The notes under the pieces: model-generated
Told to the model about the DNA's origin: nothing
Seen by the model: only the letters and a program-made list of their open reading frames with translations
Databases searched by the model: none
Shown here: one piece after another, positions 15,741 to 30,362 of the stretch
Numbering within the stretch: the stretch's first letter is position 1
How the letters are laid out: each line of letters opens with the position of its first letter
DNA from: the human T2T-CHM13v2.0 reference genome, Homo sapiens
Reading direction: 5' to 3'
NCBI GenBank assembly: GCA_009914755.4
Contig: CP068257.2
Coordinates: 38,272,001 to 38,336,000 of the forward strand
Length of the DNA: 64,000 nt
Position numbers and translations under genes: made by a program

Positions 15741-16052
<312 letters not shown>

Positions 16053-17923
16053 GACTTAGTTTGATTTGATATGATTATATGATTGCCAAGAATAAATAAG
16101 ATGAAATGTTAATGTACTGGGTACTTTCCTCTCCCTGTTTTAAATCAATCCCAAACCATAAAAGTTTAAGTTTATCTCACCTTTGGATTTTGAGGAAACA
16201 CACACACATGTACACACACAGAGTCACTTTCTTATTTTTCTGCTCTTAAGTAGGTAGAGAGAGAGGTCCCAAGAAGGACTTGCATTTATAGGCAGACAGA
16301 TGTACATGCTACCATTAAATGGACTGTGATTTTTCAAATAGAAAAATATAATTCAAAAATTTATTTCCAAAGAAATTTCACTACCCCCTACCCCTGGCCC
16401 TTTGTGGCTCCATATCTCCCAGTAGACATTCATCCCCCTCCCACTTGTGTCTGTGTTCTTGGTGCAAGATTATCTTTCAAGACCTACGTGCTGACTTAGG
16501 CAGATTTTGCTTAGGATATATTTTATCTGTCAACTCTCCTTGGTATGTGGAATTGTGTGGAGTAAGGCTTCGTGTGCAAGGCTGGGCATCAGCTTGGAGT
16601 AAGAAGAAACTGATGTTGAGTCCAGGAACCAAGGATGATTGAGTGATCACTATCATGCCCGAGAGAGGAGGTCAGTTTTGGCAGAGGATGCTGCCTGGCT
16701 GATCTTGCTCCTGGGCACAGGGTGGCTGGATGGAAGGCAAGAGGAAGAAATGCATTCTAGAAAGGCTACAGAGGGAATACACCTGCCCCTGCCTGCAGCA
16801 GTGACTCAGCTCTGCTCTGCTTCAGATGTGGATTGTGGTCATATCAGAGTTTGAGGATGGATCATGGTACACGGAAGACAGAGCAGCCTGCGATTCAGAG
16901 TTTTGCTGTTCCTGTAGGCCAGAGGGTGCAGGTGTCTGGAATCCAGGGGGAGGTGAAGCTTGAGTCCACACTGAGGGTCTAATATGCCAATTCTGCACAA
17001 ATCTCAATAGTCCACATGGAAACTTACCAAGCCAAGATGAGCCTCTTTGAAAAGGAACAGAGACAACTTTGAGTATCCAGCTGCAACGTGTGTCAGAAAT
17101 GTCAGAAAGGTTATAACTTTCACAGACAGCACTGGCTGTGAAAAAAGCACCTACCTAAAGTCATTAATGTCTAAGGTGTGCAACATATCCCAGGCTAGAA
17201 AGCTCTCAATCTGTTTCCCGCTAGGGCAATGAAACCCTGAGCTGCCTAAAGGTCAGAATCCACCATAGTGAGAGATAGCAAGTGCTGCTGTGAATACCAG
17301 AGGCACATGGGTGGTGGCGCCTTCAAGGTAAAAACTCAAACAGCTCCGGTCTCCATCTGGAGGTTCTTGGCCCTTTATCTCCTTCCTTTTCCATATTTGA
17401 AGAAATCAGAAAAAAAAAAAATCAAAACAAAAGTGACTGATGCTCAAGAGATGGGGTCCTTTGTGCTTTCGGCTCCAAACACTCTAAAGAGTTTCTATTC
17501 TGGAAGGAAGAAATGGACACACAAAGCTGCTTCTGATATTGATCCAGATGGGGAAAAAATGACATTGGAATTGCTTATTAAGCCGGGCATTTAAAGCCAT
17601 CGCAGTCTCCAGACAAACCCAGTCAATGGGTGATATTGCTCAACAAGTGAGCTGATTCTGCCTGAAGGTTACTTTAGGGATTAGTGCTGAGGGAATTTAT
17701 TAACATCCATCTCAGTTAGAAGAGTGACTTTTTGTTTGTTTTGCCCTTCAGAGTGAGCATTATAATAACTTCATTGAGCAAGGAACACCTCGGATAAGTA
17801 TGGTGCTTCTGATCAGTCTTGGGTGTGAAAGTGCTTGAAGCCTTGTGGACAGAAGCGGAGATTCCTACCCATCTCTAGCTGCAATTCTTTACATCTATAG
17901 GCTTGCATAGTTTAAAAAAATGT

Positions 17924-18239
<316 letters not shown>

Positions 18240-18660
18240 TTACCATGGCCTTGCAGGTGGGTTGGGAGAGGATCTCAGGCAAAGTTGCTGGTGAACTCAG
18301 GATTGTCCTAAGGTCACATAAATAAGAGGAGGAAAGTTTTGGTCATCTGACCCACAGTCCAAACACACCAGGTTGTCTCTATTTACACTTTCTCCTGACT
18401 TCCCTCTTGACCAGGGTCTTGTTTGTAAATGGGCAACTTGGATGGGCTGTGGTCTAAGCCCCTGGAACAGAATAAGGTTAATGGGCTACATCTTAGCCAA
18501 ACCAGAAACTATTGTATCCATAGTACCATTATCCCATCAGTTTAGTTAACTAGCCTCTGGCAAATAGGGGTGATCTCAGACTAATAATAGGGACAGCCAT
18601 GATAGTTTTCAAAATTAAAACATCAAAGCAACATGTTCATTTATAGCCTCTTCATATTTC

Positions 18661-18806
18661 ACCTGCCCTCTTCCTCACCCTTTCTCTTTCTCCCTCCTTC
18701 CTTCCTTCCGCTCCTCCTTCTTCCCCTTCCTTCCCCCTTTCCTTCCCTTCCTTCCCTCCCTCCGTCTTTTCTTCCTACCTTTCATCCTTTTCTTCCTTCT
18801 TTCTTT
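18661..18806. repeat. Polypyrimidine/polypurine (CTT/CCTT-rich) low-complexity tract
   Basis: About 145 nt almost entirely C/T on the + strand (CCTCTTCCTCACCCTTTCTCTTTCTCCCTCCTTCCTTCCTTCC...). Confidence 0.9.
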
Positions 18807-19687
18807 TTGAGATTGAGCAGTGGACAGCTTTAGATCAGCTGAAATAGAATTTCATTCCACATCATACAGAGAAAGCTTATACACCTTGGTGAAAAAGTAA
18901 AGTTATACATTATTCTCAATGAATTGCTCTTAAAGATCTTCAAGATCTTGGCCATGAAGCAGCTTGAACCAGGAAAATGTGCATCCCTCTAGCCTTTGGA
19001 AACCTGCCCCAAGCAGGAGATATTCCAGGTTTCAAATGTTTCAGGTTCTGCTTGTCAATTACTTTTATGGAAATAGTATTTCTCACGCGCTTGAAAACAC
19101 TTTTGCTCTTTTAAGTAGGTGAAACACTCATAATCTTATTTATAGAATTAATGTGCACAGCAGGCAGTTTTTCAGAAGCAAAACCCAACCTAGATCTCAG
19201 GCTGGGCCAAATGATAAGATGGTTTAAATTTGTAGGTTTCATATTAGGTACATCTGGGATTACAAAAGCACGGAAAAATGCTAATATTTCTCCTTGGAAA
19301 ATAATGCTGTCAGTGGGCAGAGTGGGCTGAATTGTCCTCAAAGAGTAGATCTCCCTCTCAAGCTAGATGTGTTCTCCCCTCCACATGAGGCAGGGAAGAG
19401 TCAGCCTTGCAGCCCTGGGCGTGTCTCCAGGATACCCTTAGAGCAACCACAGAACATGCTTCGGACCCCGGGCAGAAGTCCCCAGGGTCACCCAAGAAAG
19501 CTCTCTAGCAGCCAATCTAGAACATAGCTCGGGGGAGATGCAGACCCAGAAAAGGAGAAACCAGAATCCCAGGGAGGCCTATCTGGAGGAGCGGACAGAC
19601 AGGGGCTTTGGCCTGTTGAAAGGTACAGCTAAGCTGTGGCAACTTTGCAGAGACTAGTAGGTTGCTAGAATTAAGAAATAAAGTCCC

Positions 19688-19976
<289 letters not shown>

Positions 19977-21874
19977 TCACTTCTACCCGTTGGACTTTCC
20001 CAGCCAAAACTACAGAGCAATGATTAGGTGGAGCAGGAGAAGAGAGGAGAGTGAATCTGAGAAGCAAGAAATGCAGGGTTCCATTGTACCAAGTGCCTTT
20101 TTCCAGTTGTTGCCAATGTACTTCCCTCCCTGGCCTTTGGGCCAGGTCACCCTGTTCCCCTGTTTGTCCCCACTAATTAAAAAATGTAGCTTATTATACG
20201 ATAAGTGATTGCTGCTTCCCAAAGACAAAGTGGGAATGATTTTTGTATACAAATTCTGGATTGGCTTCAGAAAAAAAAAGCAAGAAAAGTGGTTTATTGA
20301 AACCATGCTTTCATGTTAACTGTGTAGTGTAATTGGCTGGCTTAGTATTTCTAAAGGAAAGAAAACTGTCAGATCTCTTTTTTAAGGATGACATATTTGA
20401 CATTCCTGGAGCGATGAGGCTGTCCCTGTGAAGGTTAATGTGTGTTCCCCACAGTCGGTGTAAGCCCCTCATCCCTCCTCAGGTGTCATTAAGGGGACAA
20501 GGAGGTGGCCAAAGAGGAGACACAAGAGGAAGCTGGCTGGAAGGTGGGTGAGGGTGGATACAGAGCTGTTCACACCTCCACCCAGTCTGAACGGAAGGCC
20601 CCGCTAGATGGCAGGCCAACTGGGAAATGGGGAAGGGACTGGGCAGGCACGGTTCTCCCCTGTAAGCTGGGGTTTGTCAGACCAGGAGGGAGGAGGAGAG
20701 TAGCTTCCAGCCACACACCCACAGACTGTGGGCTTCCAGAAAGCTGCTTTCTCAAGGGCTCAGTGGCGCCCCAGGCTCTGCTCCCACTGAGCAGAGTCTC
20801 TGGATGACTCCCCAGCTGCCTCGGCCCAAAGGAAAGGTGGGGAGGAGGGTGGGAGTGCCCGCGGCTCCAGGTGCTCTCTGGGAGGCTGGAGTAGCTGCTA
20901 CTGTGCCTGGGGCTGTAGGTGTTGGCCTGGGTTGGGAGGCAGGACTGAGGTCTCAGAGGAGAGGCTAAGCTTTGCCTCCACCCCTGTGGAGAGGCGCCAA
21001 GGAGCCAATCTGCTTTCATTCAGGTCCCTCTTGGATATCTTGGCTTCATAACCTTGAATTAAACTTCAAATTTGTGACTGCAGGATCAGCTGCTTAAAAA
21101 TATGAGAAATGACCATCTCCTTATTTAAATTGCACGTATTTCCTTTTAAGTTCTTCTCTCTCCTCCCCCGACACAACCAGGGGAATTGCTCTTTTCTGCA
21201 CCATGGTGAAGAAATGAAATCAGGGCCCCTTTAATGTCAAGTACATTCTGAACGTTCAAGAAGGAAGAAGAATAACAAGTACTGTGAGATCATTGAATTT
21301 AAAATGCAGCCATTTATAGACTTCACTATTTCCAGCATTAATTCGAAGGAGTAGATATTACAGTTATTATAATGACAATTTCTCATGGCTATTATGGCAT
21401 ATTGATCTGTTCTTTTACTATCGCTTTTTCCTCGGGCAGATCCTGTATCTGCTCAGGCTGAGCACACCGTTTTCTTACAGACTGTTGTTCCGTGTCGCTG
21501 CTCTGTTTTTCTGACATGTTATTTCCTTCAGTCTCATCATGAGCAAGAAGCCAAATTATTTGCATATCACTAGGTTTAATTTTAAAATTGTATTTCCTTT
21601 GAAAGTTACCCCCTTCTCCTATTCACTAAGGAGCAGATGCTTCTTATTCACCTGCTGGGATCTCCTTGCATTCTGGTCATGGTTTTTCTGTTCCAGTTGC
21701 CATTTCCTTTTTTCCTCTTGGGATGTGGAATGGTGTAGAACTGTGATCAGTGGAAATACGTATTGATTGGATAGACCAAGATATGGCTGGGTGTGCCGGG
21801 AGGAGGAACTGGGAAGTCAGCGACGTGGCCTCCATCACAACGTTTATGAAAACTCTCCCTTCAGGAACTTATGA

Positions 21875-22367
<493 letters not shown>

Positions 22368-24869
22368 TGATGTGAGTGAAGCAAGTCTCACTTCAGACTC
22401 CAGTTGCTACCAGTTCACCAAATCCAAGTGCAACAGACCTGGCCTGTGTAGGAGGGCAGACCTCGCTTCCCACAGCAGTCATCGCAAACGGGGCTAATCA
22501 TCGTGGGACCATGATCCTCCTCTCACCCAACCTTTCTTACACTTCAAGTTTCGCTCTTTCCACACAAACATAAAGCTTTTGGCAGTTTGGATGGATGTGC
22601 ACTCACCAAAATCCAATTTCCCACCAGTCCATTAAAAAAAAAAGTGTTTTTATAGTGAGCTTTGAAAATGGGCCAGGCCATGAGAAATGGTCCATGCAGA
22701 TGCTGGGTTGTAGATTATAATGCATTTGCTGGTTGGGGAAAGTGCTTTGAAGGTTCCTCCCAGGTAACTCTGAGCTCAGTAATTGTTTCATAGAACTTTC
22801 AGAATAAGATAGAGCAATGTTTAGCATCCGATTTTGGCTGGGGTTTTCCATGGATTAGCTGATGCCAGGCTGCCTCCATGCCAGCAGGAGCTGGGCATTT
22901 TTGCTGACTGTTTTTAGGGTCTTCCTCGCCCTTTAGCCATTTCCCCGGTTGCAGGGCCCCTGAGCTGCTTGGCCTGAAGGCCTGCCAATAAACCTCATCC
23001 GACTCTTGGTTTGCTCATGAAGGGTGGGGCTTGGGTGAATTCCCATTTGTTCTGTCCCTGCCATTCTATGCTTTACTCATTTGTTCCTGGTTCACCTGCA
23101 GTGAATCATTTTATCTCTTTGGGTTGCAGCATTGTACGACGACATTGTCTTTGGGCGCTTGTCGAATTCTGACTCTTTATGATTCTGTGGCTGTCTCTTT
23201 CCTGGGACAGTGTAGGACATTTGACTCCTTTTGATTTTATTTTCTGTAAGCATCAAGGGGATATCGCACATGAGTCCACAGGAGAAATACGATGTATTTT
23301 CTTGGTGGAGGCAGTGGAGGGGAAAGTAAGGGCAATGGATGGGATCTGAATGGGATTGTCACCGGCTGTGAACACAGGATAACAAGTAGTTATTTTTGTT
23401 GAAATAACAACTATTTCAACAAAATGGGTGAAAATGGGAAAATTTAACATTTCCTCTAGAAAAACTGCATTTCCAACTATCTGACAGTAAAACAGGGAAA
23501 CAGGGTTTATTTTCCTGGATCTTTCTGTAGCATATGTCCAGTTTAGAAAGGAGGCTGGCACCCCAGTGACTGGCCTCGAGGTGAGCACAGGTGTAGACAA
23601 CAGTGGTCCACTCGACAGAAACACAAAAGAAGTGGGTGCCTCCCTCTGGTGGCAATTGGCATACATGAAATTAAAGTGTGACTGCGATCTTTCAGGCAGA
23701 AGGTAGCCAACATTCTTTAGAAACTTTATAACCTTTTCACCTGTGGGCCTCGTCAACGTGACCTGGTACCAACCAAGCACTAGGGGAAACCTCAGCCAGA
23801 GGTTGCCGGGATAGGTGCTCCCCAGCCCCATGGCAATGGGATACTGAGTTATAGCTGTTTCTTGAAAAAGCCTCACTTGTCTTTTCTATAAATCCAGCCT
23901 ATTGTCACCTTAAATGATGGCTGTGTGTGGAAGAGTTGAACCGTAGTTTTGAAATTATAATCCAGACTTGTTTGTGGAAGAAGGAGATAGGGTTTTAGAA
24001 GACAAGATGAGCTACCTGCAGATGAGATATTCATTCTTATTCTATTCACACATCTGACAGTTGAACAAAACTATAAAACGTTGCCAATTACCTATCTGGG
24101 CTAGAAACGGCCTATTAGGTCACCCCGGCCATTCACAGCTGCTGAAATATGACTCCCTGTTGTGTATTTCCTCAGTTCAGCTTAAAATGACTTTAGCAAA
24201 AGGTCAGATGCTACTGCTCCTGGGAGATGTTTGCAATCTCTAATAGACTGATGTTAGACATTTTTTTTTCTAACATTCTATCTAAATTTGTTTCTTGACA
24301 TCAGTTTCTTGACATCAGCCTCTGTTAATGCTCCCTTGAGCCATGGCAGCTCCAAATGGGTATTTTATCCCTGCTTAAATTTTTGGTTTAGACAGAAATG
24401 CTTCTACTACCTCTGCTGATAATTAGAATGTGTCAAGGGATGGTATTTCATTGTTGGTCTTTTGAAAGGTTTTTTTTTTTTTTTTAAAGTATTTCCAAAC
24501 TGATTAATTTTTGATCCTGTTGCCCTGATCCCAGAAAATTTCTTTCTGTCTTTGAAATTTCTTGAAAAGAATAAAAGTAATCCACTTTATTTTTGGTTTG
24601 TAAAAGCTTTTTGGATGGGGATGCTCCGATGGCACCCACAAAGGGCAGGAGCCTTGCTTTCCTGCCAAGGTGCCACATAAAACAGGCCCTGGTTAAATGG
24701 TCACATTTAACCAGGCCCCATCTGAATTCTGCCTAGGTGTTCATCTACCTGAACCAATATAAAAAAAGTCTGGAGCTTCAGAACTTTTCACAACCCTGGG
24801 AAGAACTTCCCAATGCCATTTTCCGGGGTGATTCGGTGTCAGAACGTTATTATTTTAATTTAATCTATT

Positions 24870-25130
24870 TTTATTTTTATTTTTTAGAGACAAGGTCTTG
24901 CTCTGTCTCCCAGGCTGGAGTGCAGTAGTGAGATCTTAGCTCACTCTAACCTTGAACTCCCAGCTCAAGCAATCCTCCTGTTTCAGCCTCCAGAGTAGCT
25001 GGGACTACAGGTGCGGGCCACTGTAACCAGATAACTTATTTTTTGAAGAGATGAGGTCTAACTATGTTGCGCAGGCTGGTCTCAAACTCCTGGCCTCAAG
25101 GGATCCTCTCGCCTAGGCCTCCCAAAGTGA
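24870..25130 (-). mobile_element. Old Alu (AluJ-like), antisense, diverged
   Basis: GAGACAAGGTCTTGCTCTGTCTCCCAGGCTGGAGTGCAGTAGTGAGATCTTAGCTCACTCTAACCTTGAACTCCCAGCTCAAGCAATCCTCCTG...CCTCCCAAAGTG, with many substitutions. Confidence 0.8.
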
Positions 25131-26198
25131 GGACATTATTACTTGTTGCTTAAAACTAACACCAAAACTCTACTCTTAGTTAATCTTTTTGAGTCCAGGT
25201 TACTATATGTAGTTCAGCTACTTAGTCTAGAATGCCACATAACTTTACTTCTGGCGTATTTAATTTTATTATCTTTTTATAAATATAAGAACTCATCGTC
25301 CTGATAAGTAGAAAAAGGTACAGAGCTTAAAATGACCGATCTTTAAAAAGGTATTTCCAAGAAATCAGCAAGTGCCTGGCCATGAGCTCTTAAGATAGTG
25401 TCATTTTTAAAAAAAGCAAATAGAAGTGCTATGTCTTTGCTCCAAACCTACAAAGAGAAGGGACGTGAGGGGCTGTGGCTGTGGATTAGGAAAGCAGAGA
25501 TTGTGAAGTTTAACTGTCACAGGGCTGGCCGTCCCTAGAAATCAGCACCCATCTTTGTTTAGACATAAAATACTCACTTACAAATCCAGGCACACACCTC
25601 TGGGCAACAGCCCTCTCTGTCCTTATGACAACATTCTGATGTGGGATGCCCAGTCATGTTCAGCATGTTTGAAGGGTATTTGAAAATATGGGACTTCAGA
25701 GTCGTATACGGTAGTGTCTATTTCTGCTCTGCCATTTTCTTGCCATGCGTGAAAAGTGTAGAGCATGAAACGAAACACAGGACCCATGACTGAATGGAGA
25801 TTCCAGGTTGGTGGTAGCCTCAGGCTTGAGATTTTGAGCAGTGATGGGCGTCTATCAGCTCAGCTGCGTGGTTGGACCTGGGAGGGACTTGGCCCTGGCT
25901 TTGCTTCACAGACCCCCTTTGGAGTTGCCAGAGAGTTGTACCCCACGTGAAATTCCATACACAACAGACCCGTCTACCGAATAGTCTTGTGCATTTAAGA
26001 AGGCTTGTAATCCCTGGAAATACGCAAAGAGAAACACCTGTCTGCAGGGATTAGAAGCTCAGGGTGAAGAGCCAGGGCGGGAAGTGCCCCATGAGATAGC
26101 ATGGCCCAGCAGCTGAGTTGACAGCCAGGGCCAAGAAGGACGCAGAAACGTGTGTCATGAAGGATGCCAGATGCACACACACACTGTGGGAGAAAGGC

Positions 26199-26295
26199 AT
26201 TTAAATCAGACAGCACCAAAGAGAATAAAGAGTATTCTTATTCTTTATTTAAATCAGACAGCCCCAAAGAGAATAAAGAGTATTTGTAAGGAGAA
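26199..26295. repeat. Local tandem duplication, two 48-bp units
   Basis: TTTAAATCAGACAGC[A/C]CCAAAGAGAATAAAGAGTATT occurs twice, 48 bp apart. Confidence 0.85.
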
Positions 26296-26505
26296 AAGGC
26301 CCAGAGTACCCACTTTTGAAAGCAGCTTTAGTCCCTTTCTGATGTACATGTGATGATTTTTCAACCCAAGCTGCTCTTTGCTTTCCCCATTGTTCATGAA
26401 GCTCTTGGGGGCTCTTACCAGCCTTTGTCTTCCTTCTTCACAAAACTCTGGAACACACTCCATTTGCCTTGGCTTCTACCTTTCCTTCTTAAAGTCAAAA
26501 TCTTT

Positions 26506-26815
<310 letters not shown>

Positions 26816-28714
26816 GTAAAATTCTTTGTAGAATTATGGGGCAAGGAGAATTAGAAGAAACTCAGTGGGTTCAAGTGAGGTTCGTATATTAATTAGGCTA
26901 ATTGATGTTCCTTTGAGACTACTTAAAAATGTCCTGTAATTATGATTGCATTTGACTTTTTTTCTATTTAAAAACTGGGGAACTGTATGAAATTCTCTAT
27001 GGTGGTGAAATTTTTAGAGTTTAATGCTTTAAATCTGGTATTTGAAATTTTAGAAGCTGGGGCACATGTGAGTCCTAGAAGGTGGTGAGCACCCTCAGGA
27101 GAGTCAGTCGATACCTGGTAAAACCAGGGAATATCAGAGAAAAAGGAAAACTCCAATTATTCCAAAGCTGTGAAAGGAAGAAACAAATAGACCTAGTGCA
27201 GAATGAAGGGAGTGGCCTGAAATCTGACTAGGGAGGTCACCGTCCCTGGAGCAGGACCTGCTCACATCAATTTCCTGTGTTTTCAGGCACTTGAAAAACT
27301 ACACAGTTTCCACAACTGCAAAGGGAAGGGTATGGAAGGAGAAGCAAATGTCCCACAAGGAGAAAAAAATAACATGAAGCAGGGAAGCCTCAGAGGGAAT
27401 GTTGCCAAAGGTTACTGAATATAAAGGAAGTATTTCTGCAAAAAAAAAAAATCTCTGGGATTTTTAAAGCATTAAATACTATGAAGAAATGACCACCCAT
27501 TTCAGAAACTGAATGGATGCACGTAAGCAAAAGATAAAATGTGCAGTTCAGGGAAGGAAATGAGCCCATCCAATACACAGTAAAATACATGTGAATTTCC
27601 ATTATCAACTTGAAATAAAATGTTTCCTGATGAATTATACACTGATTATCACACACGTGTAGAAGATGAGGTTCATTTAAAAGAAGCTGAAACCCCAAGA
27701 TAACAACTGCTTAAACAATAGAGAAGGTTATTTCTCTGTCATATAGAAGGATTCTGGAGGTAGATGGTCAAGGGGAGTCTGTGTAGTTTCAAGGAGCATC
27801 AAGCATCTGTCACTGTTTGGCAATATTTGGCATAAGACTTCCAACTTATGGTTGAATATGGCTGCATGAGCACCAGCCATTGCACCTACATTTCAGCCAA
27901 CAGAAAACAGATATGAACAGAGGGAAAAAATGGGCAAGGGGTGTCTGTTAATTTTATCGTAAGATTTCTTTTTTCCACTTACATCATATTGACCAAATCC
28001 TAGTTGCAGGGACACATCCAACAGTAAGGAGGCTGGAAACTGTTTTCTGGATAACCATGTGCTCAGCCCCAGATCAGGGGTTTTGGAACTAAGAAAAAGG
28101 GGATAAACAAAGGCAATGAACAGACTCAGCCACAACACCTTTCTGCTCCTGGAGTTTATTGGGTGCTTACAAGCTGGTTAGCTTGCACAGAGGGGTTATC
28201 TGAATTGTTGGATGACTAATTTGTCCTCTATCCCTCCAATCAGCCTGAAGAGATTTTTTTTCTATGTTTCCTAGTCAGAGTGTGAAGAAGGGCAAACTGT
28301 GGCTTTTCTGTGGTTTGCTGTTGGGGCAGCTAGCTGCTGATTCCTGGGAAGGAATTTCAATTCTTTCCATGTGCTCAGAGAGAAGAAGGCATTTGGTATG
28401 TTATTCTCACTCCCAAAAGCATTTTCATTTACCCACTTTCCTTCAAGTTATTCTCGAGTAAATATTAACATATTTTCTATGTAAATAAACTAAAATCTTG
28501 CAATCTGATCTCTAAAAGCACAAGATTACCCCTTTTCTTTATATAATATTTCTCTCCTCCCCTGGCCCCAGTCTAACTGGTTATGGCTATAGGAGGTGGT
28601 GGTGCAGACAGCAGAATCTACTCTTGTTGGATTTGGAAGAAAGGGCTTTTATTATAAGACCTTTAATAATTTCTGGCTTGGTAAATTTTCCTCCATCCCT
28701 TTGTTTTGAACCTA

Positions 28715-29320
28715 TGTATGTCTTAGCTCAACCATGGTTCAACCATTGTGGAAGACAGTGTGGCAATTCCTCAAAGATCTAGAAGCAGAAATACCATTTG
28801 ACCCAGCAATCCCATTATTGGGTATATACCCAAAGGGATATAAATCATTCTATTACAAAGACACAAGTGTGTATATGTTCATTGCAGCACTATTCACAAT
28901 AGCAGAGACATGAAGTCAACCTAAATGCCCATCAGTAATAGACTGGATAAAGACCATGGAATACTATGCAGCTCTAAAAAAGGAATGAGATCATGTCCTT
29001 TGCAGGGACGTGGATGGAGTTGGAAGCTGTTATCCTCAGCAAACTAACACAGGAACAGAAAATGAAACACCACATGTTCTCACTTATAAGTGGGAGCTGA
29101 ATGATGAGAACACATGAATGCATGGGGGAGAACAATACACACTGGGGCTTATTGGGAGGGAGAGCATCAGGAAGAATAGCTAATGGATGCTGGGCTTAAT
29201 ACCTAGGCGATGGGTTGATCTGTGAAGCAGATCACCATGGCACACGTTTACCTATGTAACAAACCTGCACATCCTACACATGTACCCTGGAGCTTAAAAT
29301 AAAAATTAAAGAAAAAAAAA
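28715..29320 (+). mobile_element. L1PA-family 3' fragment, sense (ORF2 C-terminus plus 3'UTR plus poly-A)
   Basis: ...CAACCATTGTGGAAGACAGTGTGGCAATTCCTCAAAGATCTAGAAGCAGAAATACCATTTGACCCAGCAATCCCATTATTGGGTATATACCCAAAGG... (ORF2 QPLWKTVWRFLKDLE...IPFDPAIPLLGIYPK), continuing to ...CACATGTACCCTGGAGCTTAAAATAAAAATTAAAGAAAAAAAAA. Confidence 0.88.
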
Positions 29321-29954
29321 TTCTGGGAGGCAGAGAGCTCAGCCTAGATGGTGTCCAGCCAGAAACAATTCATATGGAAGATATTTAGCGACACGATAGA
29401 TCTTTCTAGCAGATGCTTGACTGCTCCTAATGTTGCCTGGCATGTGCCACCAGGCAAAGGACACTGGGATGTCCCCACAGCTGCCCCAGAGAAACCCAGT
29501 ACCTCTGCCTCAGGGCTTACCAGAAGGTGGGATCTTCCTGTGGTTGGCTGGCCCCTGATGCGCACTTCTGCCTCTCCTATCCTTCTAGTGCACCTGCCTG
29601 GCCAGCCCTCACCTGTGCGGCAGACTTCCACCCCTGAGACATCGGGGAATGATGTCCTCCAGCTTCTCAGCCTGGTGGTAGAGGGAGAAGCTGGAAGGAG
29701 GGTGCTTTGGGCAAGCCAGGCTGCCGGCTGCCGTCTTGGGCAATGCACCTCTGCATTGGGATGGCCCTCTACTCCTTACAAACTGTGTCCCTGCACATGC
29801 TCTCCAGAGAAAAACAAGCCTGGGCAAGGATTTGAACCTCAGGAAGGCAAATCTGACCACAGTCAAGAGTCATGACTTGAATTCAAGCTGTCCTTAGTCA
29901 AGCTGTTTCTCATCATACCTCTCTGATTGTCTCCATTTTTTTCTTGAAAATGTA

Positions 29955-30362
29955 GGCATTTGGCTAGTGGTTCTGGGTTGAATTGTGTACTCCCTCCCTA
30001 TCAAATTCATGTGTTGAAGCCCTAATCTCCATAACCTCAGAATGTGATCTTATTTGGAGATAGGGTCTTTATAGAGGTAATTCAATTGAAATGAGGTCCT
30101 CAGGCTGGGCCCTCATCCAGTCTGGCTGCTGTCCTTATAAGAAGAAGAGATGAGGACACAGACATTCACAAAGGGATCCTCATGTGAGGACACAGAGGGA
30201 AGCCATCTGCAAGCCAGGAGAGAGGTCTTAGGAGGAACCTGCTCTGCCAACACGTTAATCTTGGACTCCAGCCTCCTGGATGTGAGAACATAAATTTCTG
30301 TTGCTTAAGTGACCCCGTGTGTGATACTTTGTCATGATAGCCTAAGCAATTCATACAAATAG
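29955..30362 (+). mobile_element. MaLR (MLT1/MST-like) solo LTR
   Basis: TTATTTGGAGATAGGGTCTTTATAGAGGTAATTCAATTGAAATGAGGTC...TCCTTATAAGAAGAAGAGATGAGGACACAGA...CATGTGAGGACACAGAGGGAAGCCATCTGCAAGCCAGGAGAGAGG...AATCTTGGACTCCAGCCTCCTGGATGTGAGAACATAAATTTCTGTTGCTTAAG is the typical MaLR LTR architecture. Confidence 0.7.

Noticed and set aside
23253-23876. 207-aa ORF on the minus strand
   Set aside because: It lies deep in PCP4 intron 2 with no recognisable domain. Its composition is typical of a random intronic ORF and I can see no splice or promoter context. At about 41% GC, a stop-free run of about 620 nt is not remarkable.
29344-29875. Overlapping 175-aa (+) and 134-aa / 85-aa (-) ORFs
   Set aside because: Open frames on both strands over the same interval are the signature of a GC-rich non-coding segment. 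There is no homology signal and the site is intronic.
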